A stretch of DNA of 62,585 bases from a virus (lineage: Duplodnaviria > Caudoviricetes). The stretch lies in the IMG/VR virus record IMGVR_UViG_3300031787_000115, positions 1 through 62,585 of that record. The stretch is one strand, 5' to 3'. A program made the position numbers and the translations under genes. The notes beneath the pieces are model-generated. The model ran no database searches. It saw only the letters and a program-made list of their open reading frames with translations, and had not been told where the DNA came from. How positions within the stretch are numbered: the stretch's first letter is position 1; each line of letters opens with the position of its first letter. Positions 53,943 through 62,378 of this stretch are shown in pieces.

Positions 53943-55303
53943 GATGGGAGCTTGATGGGGGTGTTGGGATAGGCGGTGCGCTGGATTTCCAGCGAGTGGT
54001 TCATCTCGGTGACGAGGCTGGAGAACATGCGCTCGGCTTGCTGCCGCTTGCGGTGCAGGTTCTCCATGATTCGGCGTTCACCTTCGGTGAGCACGATGTC
54101 AACGGTGACCGGCCGCTTCTGGCCGAACCGCCAGCAGCGCCGAACCGACTGGTAATACTGCTCGAAGCTGTGAGACGGGAAGTAGGTGATGTGGTTGCAG
54201 TGCTGGAAGTTCAGCCCCCAGGCCCCGATCTTGGGTTTGGTGATCAGAACGCGGGCGCGACCTTCGGCGAAGTCGATCAACCGCCGCTCCTTCACCTCGT
54301 CACGATCCGACCCGGACACCTGAATGGCGCCGGGGATCAACTGCTCCAGCAGATCACCCTCCTCGTTGAGGTGGCACCAGACCAGGGCAGGCTCTCCTGT
54401 GCTGGCCACCATGGCGGCGGCCTGTTCGCAGCGCTCGCGGACGGTGCGCTTCTTCTCGGCCCGCTGTTCCCGCAGGTCTGTGGCCGGAAGCGCAAACAGC
54501 ATCCCCTCGGGCACTGTCTCGGTGGCAATCAGGTGGTCCACCTCCCGCAGGGGTGGCAGGGAGAAGCGGCCGTCATGGAAGCCCAGATCAGAGGGCTTGC
54601 GGCAGGCTCGGGCCCAGCTGGTGACCCATCGCCAGAACGGGGTCTCTGCGTGCCCCTTGAACCGCCATTTCGGAGCCTCTCCGTACATGCGCCGGCTGGT
54701 GAGGTTGTTCTGGTCGTTCTTGAAGAACCGGGCCATCATGTCCATGTGGCCCATGTAGCCCAGGGCTTCGGAGCTGGTGCCGAGTTCGATGAAGTCGTTT
54801 GGGGCGGCGGTAGCGGTGGCCAGGAGGCGATAGGGCACCTTCCGCATGAACCCGGTTATCTCATTGCGGCGGGCCCCGTCGAAGCTCTTGAGGATGCTGG
54901 ACTCGTCGCACACCACTCCAGCGAAGTCGGCCGGGTTGAAGTGCTCCAACCGCTCGTAGTTGGTGATCACGATCCGACCTGGGACGCTGCCGTCGCTGCT
55001 GCGGTGGCATTCGATCCCGAACTTCTCACCCTCGCGGATGGTCTGCGGCCCCACAGCGAGAGGCGTCAGGATCAGGACCGGGCGATCGGTGTAGCGGGCC
55101 ACGTTCTCAGCCCAGGTGAGCTGCATGGCGGTCTTGCCCAGGCCGCAGTCCGCGAAGATCGCGGCGCGACCCTTGCGGACAGCCCAGTCCACAAGAGAGC
55201 GCTGGAAGTCGAACAGAGCATCCGGCATCCAGACCGGCTCGAAGCCATGGGCGGCGCCCGTGTGGATCTTCTGCTCCAGGAAGTCGCGGTAGGCGGTGCT
55301 CAC
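53888..55303 (-). CDS. SF2 (SNF2-like) helicase
   Basis: FADCGLGKT, VCDESS, TATAAPN, YYQSVRRCWRFGQ. Confidence 0.9.
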   Translation of the reverse strand: MSTAYRDFLEQKIHTGAAHGFEPVWMPDALFDFQRSLVDWAVRKGRAAIFADCGLGKTAMQLTWAENVARYTDRPVLILTPLAVGPQTIREGEKFGIECHRSSDGSVPGRIVITNYERLEHFNPADFAGVVCDESSILKSFDGARRNEITGFMRKVPYRLLATATAAPNDFIELGTSSEALGYMGHMDMMARFFKNDQNNLTSRRMYGEAPKWRFKGHAETPFWRWVTSWARACRKPSDLGFHDGRFSLPPLREVDHLIATETVPEGMLFALPATDLREQRAEKKRTVRERCEQAAAMVASTGEPALVWCHLNEEGDLLEQLIPGAIQVSGSDRDEVKERRLIDFAEGRARVLITKPKIGAWGLNFQHCNHITYFPSHSFEQYYQSVRRCWRFGQKRPVTVDIVLTEGERRIMENLHRKRQQAERMFSSLVTEMNHSLEIQRTAYPNTPIKLPSWMSSRTVTPSTTATASR

Positions 55304-55530
55304 GCCGACACCTCCCCCACCGGCTGCAGCTGCTCCAGCCAAGCGGTGAAGCGTTCCTGATGCTGCTGGTAGGTCACCAGCGAGAACACCCGATCACTGA
55401 CCGCGATCCCGTGCGCGGCGTCATAGGCGGCCCACTGACGTGAGAGCCACGCGATGTAGTCGCCGCCGGTGCCGGAGCGGCGCCAGACCGCCAGGCGACG
55501 CACGCTGTGGGCTTGTAGGTGGTTGCTCAT
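55300..55530 (-). CDS. Hypothetical protein
   Basis: Coupled ORF. Confidence 0.6.
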   Translation of the reverse strand: MSNHLQAHSVRRLAVWRRSGTGGDYIAWLSRQWAAYDAAHGIAVSDRVFSLVTYQQHQERFTAWLEQLQPVGEVSA

Positions 55531-55763
55531 CGCGCGCTCCGGCAGGCGGCCCAGTCGGTGGGGCCGCAGTGGCGCACGACGTCGGCGATCACCGGCCGCA
55601 GCAGGATCAGGGCGAAGACGAGGGCGAAACCCAGCCCGATCCGGCGCAGGGGCCAGTCGAGGAGGTAAGTGCCGACCTGCTGGGCCAGCGTTTGGCGCTG
55701 GTGGCAGGGGCGAGGCGGAGGGGGGCGGCGCATGGTGGTGCTTGCGGTTGGAAAGGCGATCAC
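55527..55763 (-). CDS. Small membrane protein
   Basis: IGLGFALVFALILL hydrophobic segment. Confidence 0.55.
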   Translation of the reverse strand: MIAFPTASTTMRRPPPPRPCHQRQTLAQQVGTYLLDWPLRRIGLGFALVFALILLRPVIADVVRHCGPTDWAACRSAR

Positions 55764-55987
55764 GCCAGGTGAGCGAAGTCGCTGGGGGTGTCACCCATCA
55801 GCTCGTCGATCCGGACGAGGTAGCCGAAGTAGCGGCGGCGAGCATCGGCGGCCTGCTGCCTCAGCGTCTGGGCCTGCTGCTCGGCCTCAGCGGCGCGGGC
55901 TTCCAGCTCGGCGGCCTGGGCCCCGGCGTAATGGGCGTGGACCCGCAGATCAGCGACGCGGGGGTGACAGGAAACGATCTCGTTCAT
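55760..55987 (-). CDS. Hypothetical coiled-coil protein
   Basis: Coupled ORF. Confidence 0.65.
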   Translation of the reverse strand: MNEIVSCHPRVADLRVHAHYAGAQAAELEARAAEAEQQAQTLRQQAADARRRYFGYLVRIDELMGDTPSDFAHLA

Positions 55988-56238
55988 GAGGCGAGGACGG
56001 TGAGGCAGGCGGTGGAGGGGTCGGGGCAGACGGCGGCGTCAACCGTCGGCATCTGCGCCGGGGGGTTGATGCTGAGGATGTAGCCCTGGGCCAGCAGGGT
56101 CTCAATCCGCATCAGCAGATCGGCCATCTGGTGCTGGCCGAAGGATTCCATTGAGACCAGCTGCTGCCGGCGGCCGGGGCCGGAGCGGGACTGGGGCTCA
56201 CTGACGCGGAGGCTGTATCGGTCGCGGGGGAGGGTCAT
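55984..56238 (-). CDS. Hypothetical protein
   Basis: Coupled ORF. Confidence 0.6.
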   Translation of the reverse strand: MTLPRDRYSLRVSEPQSRSGPGRRQQLVSMESFGQHQMADLLMRIETLLAQGYILSINPPAQMPTVDAAVCPDPSTACLTVLAS

Positions 56239-56468
56239 GCCAGGGGATCGTCAAAGGGGTCAGGGGTGCACATGGGGCGCTTGGATCGGTAGTCGCCGCA
56301 CCAGTCGGATTCGGTGACGCGGGGCCAGCAGGCCTGGGGGTGTTGCCCACGGACGGGCAGGCCGAAGGACTCGGCTGTGGCGCTGGGGGCATGGCGGCGG
56401 CACTCGATCAGGCCGTCAGAGCTCACCCGGCCATAGGTGCAGGTGGCGCAGGTCACGGCGCAGGTCAC
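56235..56468 (-). CDS. Small Cys-rich phage protein
   Basis: CATC..CRRHAP..WPRV...DWCG. Confidence 0.75.
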   Translation of the reverse strand: MTCAVTCATCTYGRVSSDGLIECRRHAPSATAESFGLPVRGQHPQACWPRVTESDWCGDYRSKRPMCTPDPFDDPLA

Positions 56469-56710
56469 CGGACCCCCTTAGGCAGCACCAGGAAGCTGGT
56501 GAAGCCCACCTGCCGGACGTCTGCCAGGCCCAGCCGATCGAGGCGGCCCAGGCGGGCGGTCGCCAGCAGCTGGGAGCAGCCCCACAAGCTGGCGAGGGTG
56601 GCCACGCTCACCGGTTCAGTGAGCGGGAGTGAGCGGCGGAGCTGCACAAGTCGATCGAGGTCGGCGGCTGGGGGATCGCGGAGAAGCGATCGGTCGAGGG
56701 TGTCGGGCAT
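56465..56710 (-). CDS. Small winged-HTH-like protein
   Basis: VSVATLASLWGCSQ..RLGRLDRLGL. Confidence 0.55.
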   Translation of the reverse strand: MPDTLDRSLLRDPPAADLDRLVQLRRSLPLTEPVSVATLASLWGCSQLLATARLGRLDRLGLADVRQVGFTSFLVLPKGVR

Positions 56711-56834
56711 GGCTGGCTGAGGGTGTGGTGGTGGGCCAGGCGCTGGCGGAGCAGGGCGGCGGTGCCGACCAGTCCGGAGTTGAGGCCGAGCATCACCAGC
56801 CCGGCGGTGGTGAAGATGGCGGCGAGGGCTCCGG

Positions 56835-57041
56835 TCATGACTCGATGGGGGTGAGACCCGCGGCGCGGGCGATGCACGCCTCCAGCTCGACCAGCTGCTG
56901 GTGCAGCTGCATGGCGGCGCTGGGGGTGATCTCCTCCTCGAGGGCGATCGCGTTCTCGGCCATGGCCTGAGCTGTGGTGATCGCGGAGGAAAGCTGGTCG
57001 CCCAGCAGGAGGGCGACCGGTTCGTTGAGGTAGGGAGCCAT
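56835..57041 (-). CDS. Hypothetical protein
   Basis: TGATG-coupled. Confidence 0.6.
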   Translation of the reverse strand: MAPYLNEPVALLLGDQLSSAITTAQAMAENAIALEEEITPSAAMQLHQQLVELEACIARAAGLTPIES

Positions 57042-57379
57042 CAGAAGGGGCAGTCAGAAACGTCACCGAGCTCAGCCACCTCGGAGGGGCGGCTGGAATC
57101 GCCGGGCAGGTAGCGGGCGGTCTCGGGGGCACCGGCAGCGCCCCGGCTGGTGGCGGCCAACGAGTTGGCGGCGGCGGCGGCCAACGAGTTGCTGGCGGCC
57201 TCCAGCTCGGCCAGCAGATGCTCCAGCTGGGCCAGCAGGGCGTCCACCTGCTTCACATTGGCCAGCAGATGATCCAGCCGGGTCAGGCGGGCGTCCACCT
57301 GCTCGGAGGCCATCGGCTGGGCGCCGGGGTAGACGGCGGGGCCGGTGGTGGTGACAGGGGCGAGGGGGGTGGCGGCCAT
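57041..57379 (-). CDS. Hypothetical coiled-coil protein
   Basis: Heptad-like repeats, CPF terminus. Confidence 0.6.
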   Translation of the reverse strand: MAATPLAPVTTTGPAVYPGAQPMASEQVDARLTRLDHLLANVKQVDALLAQLEHLLAELEAASNSLAAAAANSLAATSRGAAGAPETARYLPGDSSRPSEVAELGDVSDCPF

Positions 57380-57427
57380 GGCTGTTGTGGTGGTGGCGGT
57401 TCAGGTTGGAAAGCGGAGTGGCCCGGC

Positions 57428-57754
57428 TCAGCGGCCGGGGCCGTGGGCGGCCCAGAGCTGGGCCATGTCGCGGCGGTACTCGGCCTCCTCGCGATCGGCG
57501 GCCTCCTCGTCGAAGGGCTCGCTGATCGTGATGACGAACGGCGCTCCGTCGGCGATGAACAGGGCGCCCATCTGCAGGACGTCGCTGTCGTCGGCGCAGT
57601 CTTCAAACGCCTCGGAGGCGAACTGAAAGCGCGACTGCAGCTCGTCCTCCACCGCCTCGCCCGTCTCAATGACGGCGCAGAGGTGGTGATCGAGGAGGTC
57701 GTCGAGGTCGGTGATGGCCTCGACGGCGAGGGCGGGAGCGGTGAGGGTGGCCAT
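57428..57754 (-). CDS. Acidic hypothetical protein
   Basis: First gene after the TATAGT promoter at ~57800. Confidence 0.65.
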   Translation of the reverse strand: MATLTAPALAVEAITDLDDLLDHHLCAVIETGEAVEDELQSRFQFASEAFEDCADDSDVLQMGALFIADGAPFVITISEPFDEEAADREEAEYRRDMAQLWAAHGPGR

Positions 57755-57852
57755 GGTTCGTGGCGGGTGGTGGTGCGCGGGGGGTTGCCCCATGACCGAA
57801 CTATAGCCGCTTCCAATGCCAATGGCGATCGCTTTACGAAAGTTCGCGGCAA

Positions 57853-58425
57853 TCAGCGGATCGACCAGGACCGGCCCGTCACCAGCTCCGCCCCCGGCAC
57901 GGCCTGCCCAGCCTTGAGGGCGGCCTTCAGCGCGGTCTTGTCCGGCGCGTAGGTCCGCCGCTCGCGGAGGAACTCCGGCGGCAGCTCGGCATCCGGGTCG
58001 ATCGCCACACTCTCGGTGCGGCGGCTGGTGAGCTCATGCGCCGGCAGGCTCCAGCGGGTGGCGTCGGGATCGATGCCGGCCAGGGCGGCCAGCAACCGCT
58101 CCTGCAGGGCGTCAGCCCGGCGGGCGTCCACGTCGGCCAGGTCGCGCAGGCGGTCGCTCTCGGCCCGTCGGTAGGCGGCCTGAGCCCGCAGCTGGGCGAT
58201 CACCCAGCAGTAGGCGTCAGCCTTGCGCTGCAGGGCCTCGCGATTGCCGGCCTCGCTCAGCAGCAGGGCCTCGAGGGCGCCAGCGGTGTCGGTGTTGAGG
58301 TCACCATCCTCGGTGTGCAGGCCTTCGGCCAGTTCACTGATCTGCCGCTGCAGGGCCATGGCCTCACCGGCCAGGGCGAACAGGGAGGGCGCCGGGGCCT
58401 CGACGGGAAGGGGGGTGGTGGTCAT
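57853..58425 (-). CDS. Siphovirus Gp157-like protein
   Basis: KADAYCWVI..AESDRL..LPPEFL..PDKTALKAALKAGQAVPGAEL. Confidence 0.85.
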   Translation of the reverse strand: MTTTPLPVEAPAPSLFALAGEAMALQRQISELAEGLHTEDGDLNTDTAGALEALLLSEAGNREALQRKADAYCWVIAQLRAQAAYRRAESDRLRDLADVDARRADALQERLLAALAGIDPDATRWSLPAHELTSRRTESVAIDPDAELPPEFLRERRTYAPDKTALKAALKAGQAVPGAELVTGRSWSIR

Positions 58426-58453
58426 GGGTCTGCGGTGGTGGGATGCGCTCCGG

Positions 58454-58481
58454 TTGCCAACTGGAAGCGCCTATGTACGAT
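58454..58481 (+). promoter_or_regulatory. Putative promoter of Cas7-like locus 2, with operator palindrome
   Basis: TTGCCA-16 nt-TACGAT; TGCC-AACT-GGAA at 58455-58466. Confidence 0.55.
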
Positions 58482-58544
58482 AGCGGCGCCATCGGGCCCG
58501 GCTCGATGGACTTGGCACGGCTCCTGACCCACGAACCACCATGA

Positions 58545-59192
58545 ATGGCCACCACCACCGCGAAGAAGACCGCCGCCACTGAAGAGATCGTCGTCATCCA
58601 GGCGCCGGACTTCCGCCTGCTTGAGCTGGAGATCGAGGGCACCAGCCCCCTTGTCATCAACCGCTTCAGCGCCAAGGCGATCGAGATGATGCGGGCGACC
58701 CAGGAAGCCGGCAGCACCGCCAAGAGCAAGAAGGCCCGGGAGCCGAAGGACTTTGATGCCCTGTTTGAGAACGCCAAGCACGTCAGCGAGGACGGCTGGG
58801 AGGGCATCCATGCCGCCGCGTTTCGCAACGGGGCGATCAGCGCCTGCCGGGCCTGCGGCTTCAAGATGACCCACGCGAAGCTGGCGTTCAGCGTTCACGC
58901 CGACGGTTACGACAGGGTGGACGGTGCCCCGCTGGTGCGACTGACCCACGGGACCGCGGAGCAGTACGTAGCCCCCACCAGGAACGCGACCGGCGTTGTA
59001 GACCTGCGCTGCCGCCCCATGTATCGCCGCTGGGGCGCCAATCTGCGCATCAAGTACGACGCGGGGATGTTGACGGCGGCCGACGTGACCAATCTGATCG
59101 TCAGGGTCGGTCTTCAGGTCGGCATCGGTGAAGGTCGGCCCGACTCAAAAGCCAGCGCGGGCCTAGGTTTTGGGCTCTTTTCCGTCATTTGA
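58545..59192 (+). CDS. Stand-alone Cas7/RAMP-like protein (locus 2)
   Basis: LELEIEGTSPLVINRF strand, GIHAAAFRNGAISA helix, DLRCRPMY..W, glycine loop VGLQVGIGEGRP..GLGFGLF. Confidence 0.75.
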   Translation: MATTTAKKTAATEEIVVIQAPDFRLLELEIEGTSPLVINRFSAKAIEMMRATQEAGSTAKSKKAREPKDFDALFENAKHVSEDGWEGIHAAAFRNGAISACRACGFKMTHAKLAFSVHADGYDRVDGAPLVRLTHGTAEQYVAPTRNATGVVDLRCRPMYRRWGANLRIKYDAGMLTAADVTNLIVRVGLQVGIGEGRPDSKASAGLGFGLFSVI

Positions 59193-59219
59193 TCAGCGGT
59201 TCCCCTACCACTGATCCCC

Positions 59220-61047
59220 AGGGCGCCGCTGACCCCGGCGCCCTTTTCGCAGGCAAGGCAACGAATTGACGGCTCGGTAGGCGGGGCAACGCCGGCGAGG
59301 CTTGATAGGCGCGCCGATGCTGCGCTGCCCATGGCAGGAGTCGCAAGGCCTGCCCTGGATCGGAAACGCAAGCCTGGGAGCGGCTGGCATGGAGTGGATC
59401 GACAGCACAGCGCGGGGACAGGCCGGCCAGGCAATGCGCCGCCCGGTAGGTGGGGCGTGGTCGGCATGGCGGGCTAGGCGTCGTCGGGCTCGTCACGGCA
59501 TCGATCGGCTGGCATGGTGTGGCGCGCTCAGTAGCGATGGGATGGGCACGGCCGACATGGCCTCGATGGCTCGGAACCCGTGGCGCTGGTGGGCGCGGCC
59601 GGCATGGCGTGGCGACGGATCGAGCGCTGAGGCACTGCGGGCCAGGACTGGCATGGTTGGCATGGAATCGCTGGCTCCGCAAGGTGAGGCTAGGTGCCGA
59701 AAGGCGCCGAACCGCTGGCGTGGTCACACCAGGGAGGCAGGGCGATGCACGGCCGGCAACGCGACGCGTGGCATGGCACTTCAGGGCCGGCAAGGCGAGG
59801 GATCCGAGGCTTGCCTGGGCCTGGGTCGGCACGGCCGGCAGGGCGACGCGAGTGGTGGGCTGGGGGGCCTGGCACCGGATGGCACGGGACGGCAGGAGAG
59901 ACCTGGCACGACCCCGCACGACGGGGCCCGGTGCGGGTTGGCGCGGGACGGCAGGCACGGCGTGATGCGGATTCTCAGAGCAGGGGACGGCGGGGCCTGG
60001 CCGGCGCGAAATGGACGGCGCGGCCCGGGACCATTGGCTCGAGGCGGCAGGGCTGGCGCGGCACGTCTAGGTAGGCGTCGGCGGGCACGGCGGGCACGGC
60101 GTGTCATGGGTCGGTTCTCCCTGGCGTGGCCGGCATGGGTGGCAGGGCGCCGCTTGGCACGGCCTGGGCTGGCCGGCAGGGCAGCGCGCCGCTTGGCGGG
60201 GCACGATCCGGCTGGCAGCGCAGCGTGTGGCATGGCTCCACTTGTTTGGGCCAGGCCGGCATCGCAGCGCCTGGCATGGCTCCGCTCATGGCGGCCCGGC
60301 TGGCAGCGCTCGGTAGGCAAGGCGTGGACGGGATCGGGTTGGCAGGCCTGGCGAGGACTATCACGGTCCGCAAAGGCAAGACGAGGCAGGGCAGGCATGG
60401 ATGGGCCCGATGCGGATGCGATTGGCTGCGCAGGCATGGCAAGGCTTCCCCTGGGCTGGCGCGGTTCGACGCGGCTGGCAAGGCGAGGCAAGCCCAGCAG
60501 GGTGAGGGATGGCACGGCGTGACCACGGGCACGACCACGGCACGGCTGGTCAGGCCTGGCCAGAACGGATTGATGCGGAGAGGCAGGCATGGCAAGGGAG
60601 GCCCGCCGGGGACCAGCTCGACCGGACGCGGCAGGCTTGGCACGGCATGGCTAGGTGCAGCAGCGAGCGGCCGGCTCGCCGAGGTATGGCCCCGACTGGC
60701 GCCGCTGGGACCGCAGGCATGGTCTGGGTCGGAGCGCGCGGAGCGCATGGCTGGCACGGCGCACCCCCGCATGACAGGGCTAGGTCGGTCGGCCTGGCTG
60801 GCACGGCAGCGAAGACGCGGCGCGGGTTGGAGGGGCAGGCACGGATGGGCGTGGACCCCGTGATGGGGCACGGCTGGCATGGAGCGCCCAGGTCTGGGAT
60901 GGAGCGGCAGGTAAGGCGTGGCGAGACCCGGTGCGGCATGGCTGGCGTGGCCTGCCAGCGACTGACGAGGAGACGACCGGTGCGGCCGGCAAGGCGCGTC
61001 CGTTGCCGCTTTGAACCGCAAGCGGCATCCTGACCCTGGCAGGGTCA
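59220..61047 (+). ncRNA. ~1.75-kb GGC-NN pentamer array (candidate guide RNA array, locus 2)
   Basis: 5-nt periodic GGCNN-like units punctuated every ~35-55 nt by a 4-nt (G/C)GC(A/T/C) unit; hairpins at 59220-59244, 61004-61027, 61031-61047; six-frame ORFs are low-complexity. Confidence 0.8.
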
Positions 61048-61068
61048 CCATCACCCACCCTGATTCCC

Positions 61069-61626
61069 ATGCAGAACGAGTACGTCTACAGCGACCCGAC
61101 CGCCGAAGCGCAGTACGGGGTTAATGCCCAGACCGCCGGTGAGGAGCTGGCTCGCATCAAGGCCCAGCACCGCATCCTCGGGCCGGCCACCGTCGTCGAG
61201 GAATCCCGCCCCGAGGAAGCCCCGCTTCACCCGGTGTTCGAGTGGCGCGATCCGGTGGCGGCTGAGCAATGGCGCGAGCACCAGGCCAGCCAACTGATCC
61301 GGCGGGTGCGGGTGGTGCCGATGGAGGCGATGGAGCCCGAACTGCCCCGGGCGCCGCGGGTGCAGATGCCGGCGCCGGAGCCGCTGGAGCTGACTGAGCA
61401 CGATCCGCTGGTGTGGGAACTGGATCAGGCCGTCGCCGCGTTGCAGAAGGCGAAGGACCAGGTGTCAGCCCTGAAGGAGAAAGCCGCCCGCCGCTTCGAT
61501 CGGCGCCGGCAGATCCAGGCGGGTGTGGCCCTGTCGGACCTGGAGCAGGCCGATGATCTGCTGGAGGATGCCCGCGAAACCCTGACCGCCAGCCGCAAGA
61601 CTGCGAACTGGGCCGAGGCGGTCTGA
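61069..61626 (+). CDS. Accessory protein of Cas7-like locus 2 (conserved phage hypothetical)
   Basis: AQTAGEELARI..PATVVEESRPEEAPLHPVFEWRDPVAAEQWREHQASQLI. Confidence 0.8.
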   Translation: MQNEYVYSDPTAEAQYGVNAQTAGEELARIKAQHRILGPATVVEESRPEEAPLHPVFEWRDPVAAEQWREHQASQLIRRVRVVPMEAMEPELPRAPRVQMPAPEPLELTEHDPLVWELDQAVAALQKAKDQVSALKEKAARRFDRRRQIQAGVALSDLEQADDLLEDARETLTASRKTANWAEAV

Positions 61627-61642
61627 GGCCAGGCAAGCAGAC

Positions 61643-61670
61643 GAAAGCCCCGGTGATGAGCCGGGGCTTT
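61643..61670. terminator. Bidirectional terminator between convergent genes
   Basis: AAAGCCCCGG-TGATGAG-CCGGGGCTTT. Confidence 0.75.
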
Positions 61671-61677
61671 GCTGTGG

Positions 61678-61941
61678 TCAGTGGGGCAGCTTGTCGGCCA
61701 TCGCCTGCAGCTGCTGGAGGGTGGCCAGGATGTCGAGGCATATCTGGCGATCGGCTGCGGGGATGTCGCGGACGTGGCCCAGCATCCGCATCTCCAGCAC
61801 AACCTCACAGGAGGAGTCCCGCAGGGCCTCCCGGATGTTGTGCGCGACGTCGGCCATGGACAGATGGCCGCAGAACGGATCGAACGGGTAGGGCTCGGGC
61901 AGCGCAAGGGTGCCGGCAGCGCCGGAGGGGGTGACGGTCAT
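61678..61941 (-). CDS. Hypothetical protein
   Basis: Protein-like ORF ending at the terminator. Confidence 0.6.
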   Translation of the reverse strand: MTVTPSGAAGTLALPEPYPFDPFCGHLSMADVAHNIREALRDSSCEVVLEMRMLGHVRDIPAADRQICLDILATLQQLQAMADKLPH

Positions 61942-62165
61942 GGTGATTCCTGGTCTGTATGTGATCGGCATCGCTACCGACGGGCCCACCATAAGCATGC
62001 GAGGTTGCCGCTGGTCAACCCCCACACAAGGCGAAGGGCCACCCGAGGGCAGCCCTTCGGCCCTACTGGGCCTCCGATACGGTTTCAGAGCGCGCACACA
62101 GAACCACGCTCACCGCGTCCATCCTTGCGGGTAGGACCGACCCGGCACAGGCAGGCTACCTGGCC

Positions 62166-62378
62166 TCAGTGCAGCAGACCCCGGCGATGCAGCTCCTCGC
62201 GGTAGGCCTCGTCGTGGCCGGCCTGGTAGATGCGCTGCAGGTGGTCGCGGTCCAGGAGGGCCAGGCGGAGCTGCTGGCGGCGCAGGCGGCTGTCGATGTG
62301 CCCACTCACATCCCAGGCGGTGCGGCCGGCATCGAGGGCGGCGCAGAGCGAAAGCCAGCAACGGCGGAGGAGTCGCAT
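62166..62378 (-). CDS. Hypothetical protein
   Basis: First gene after the TAGGAT promoter in the terminal overlap. Confidence 0.6.
   Translation of the reverse strand: MRLLRRCWLSLCAALDAGRTAWDVSGHIDSRLRRQQLRLALLDRDHLQRIYQAGHDEAYREELHRRGLLH

Noticed and set aside
57152-57191. Direct repeat GGCGGCCAACGAGTTG x2
   Set aside because: In-frame coding duplication (NSLAA twice) in a low-complexity protein; no regulatory evidence
59185-61070. Long ORFs in several frames (e.g. 59302-60522 +, 60104-61054 -)
   Set aside because: Low-complexity Arg/Gly/Ala/Trp or Pro/Cys translations expected from a stop-poor GGC-NN repeat; periodicity is 5, not 3
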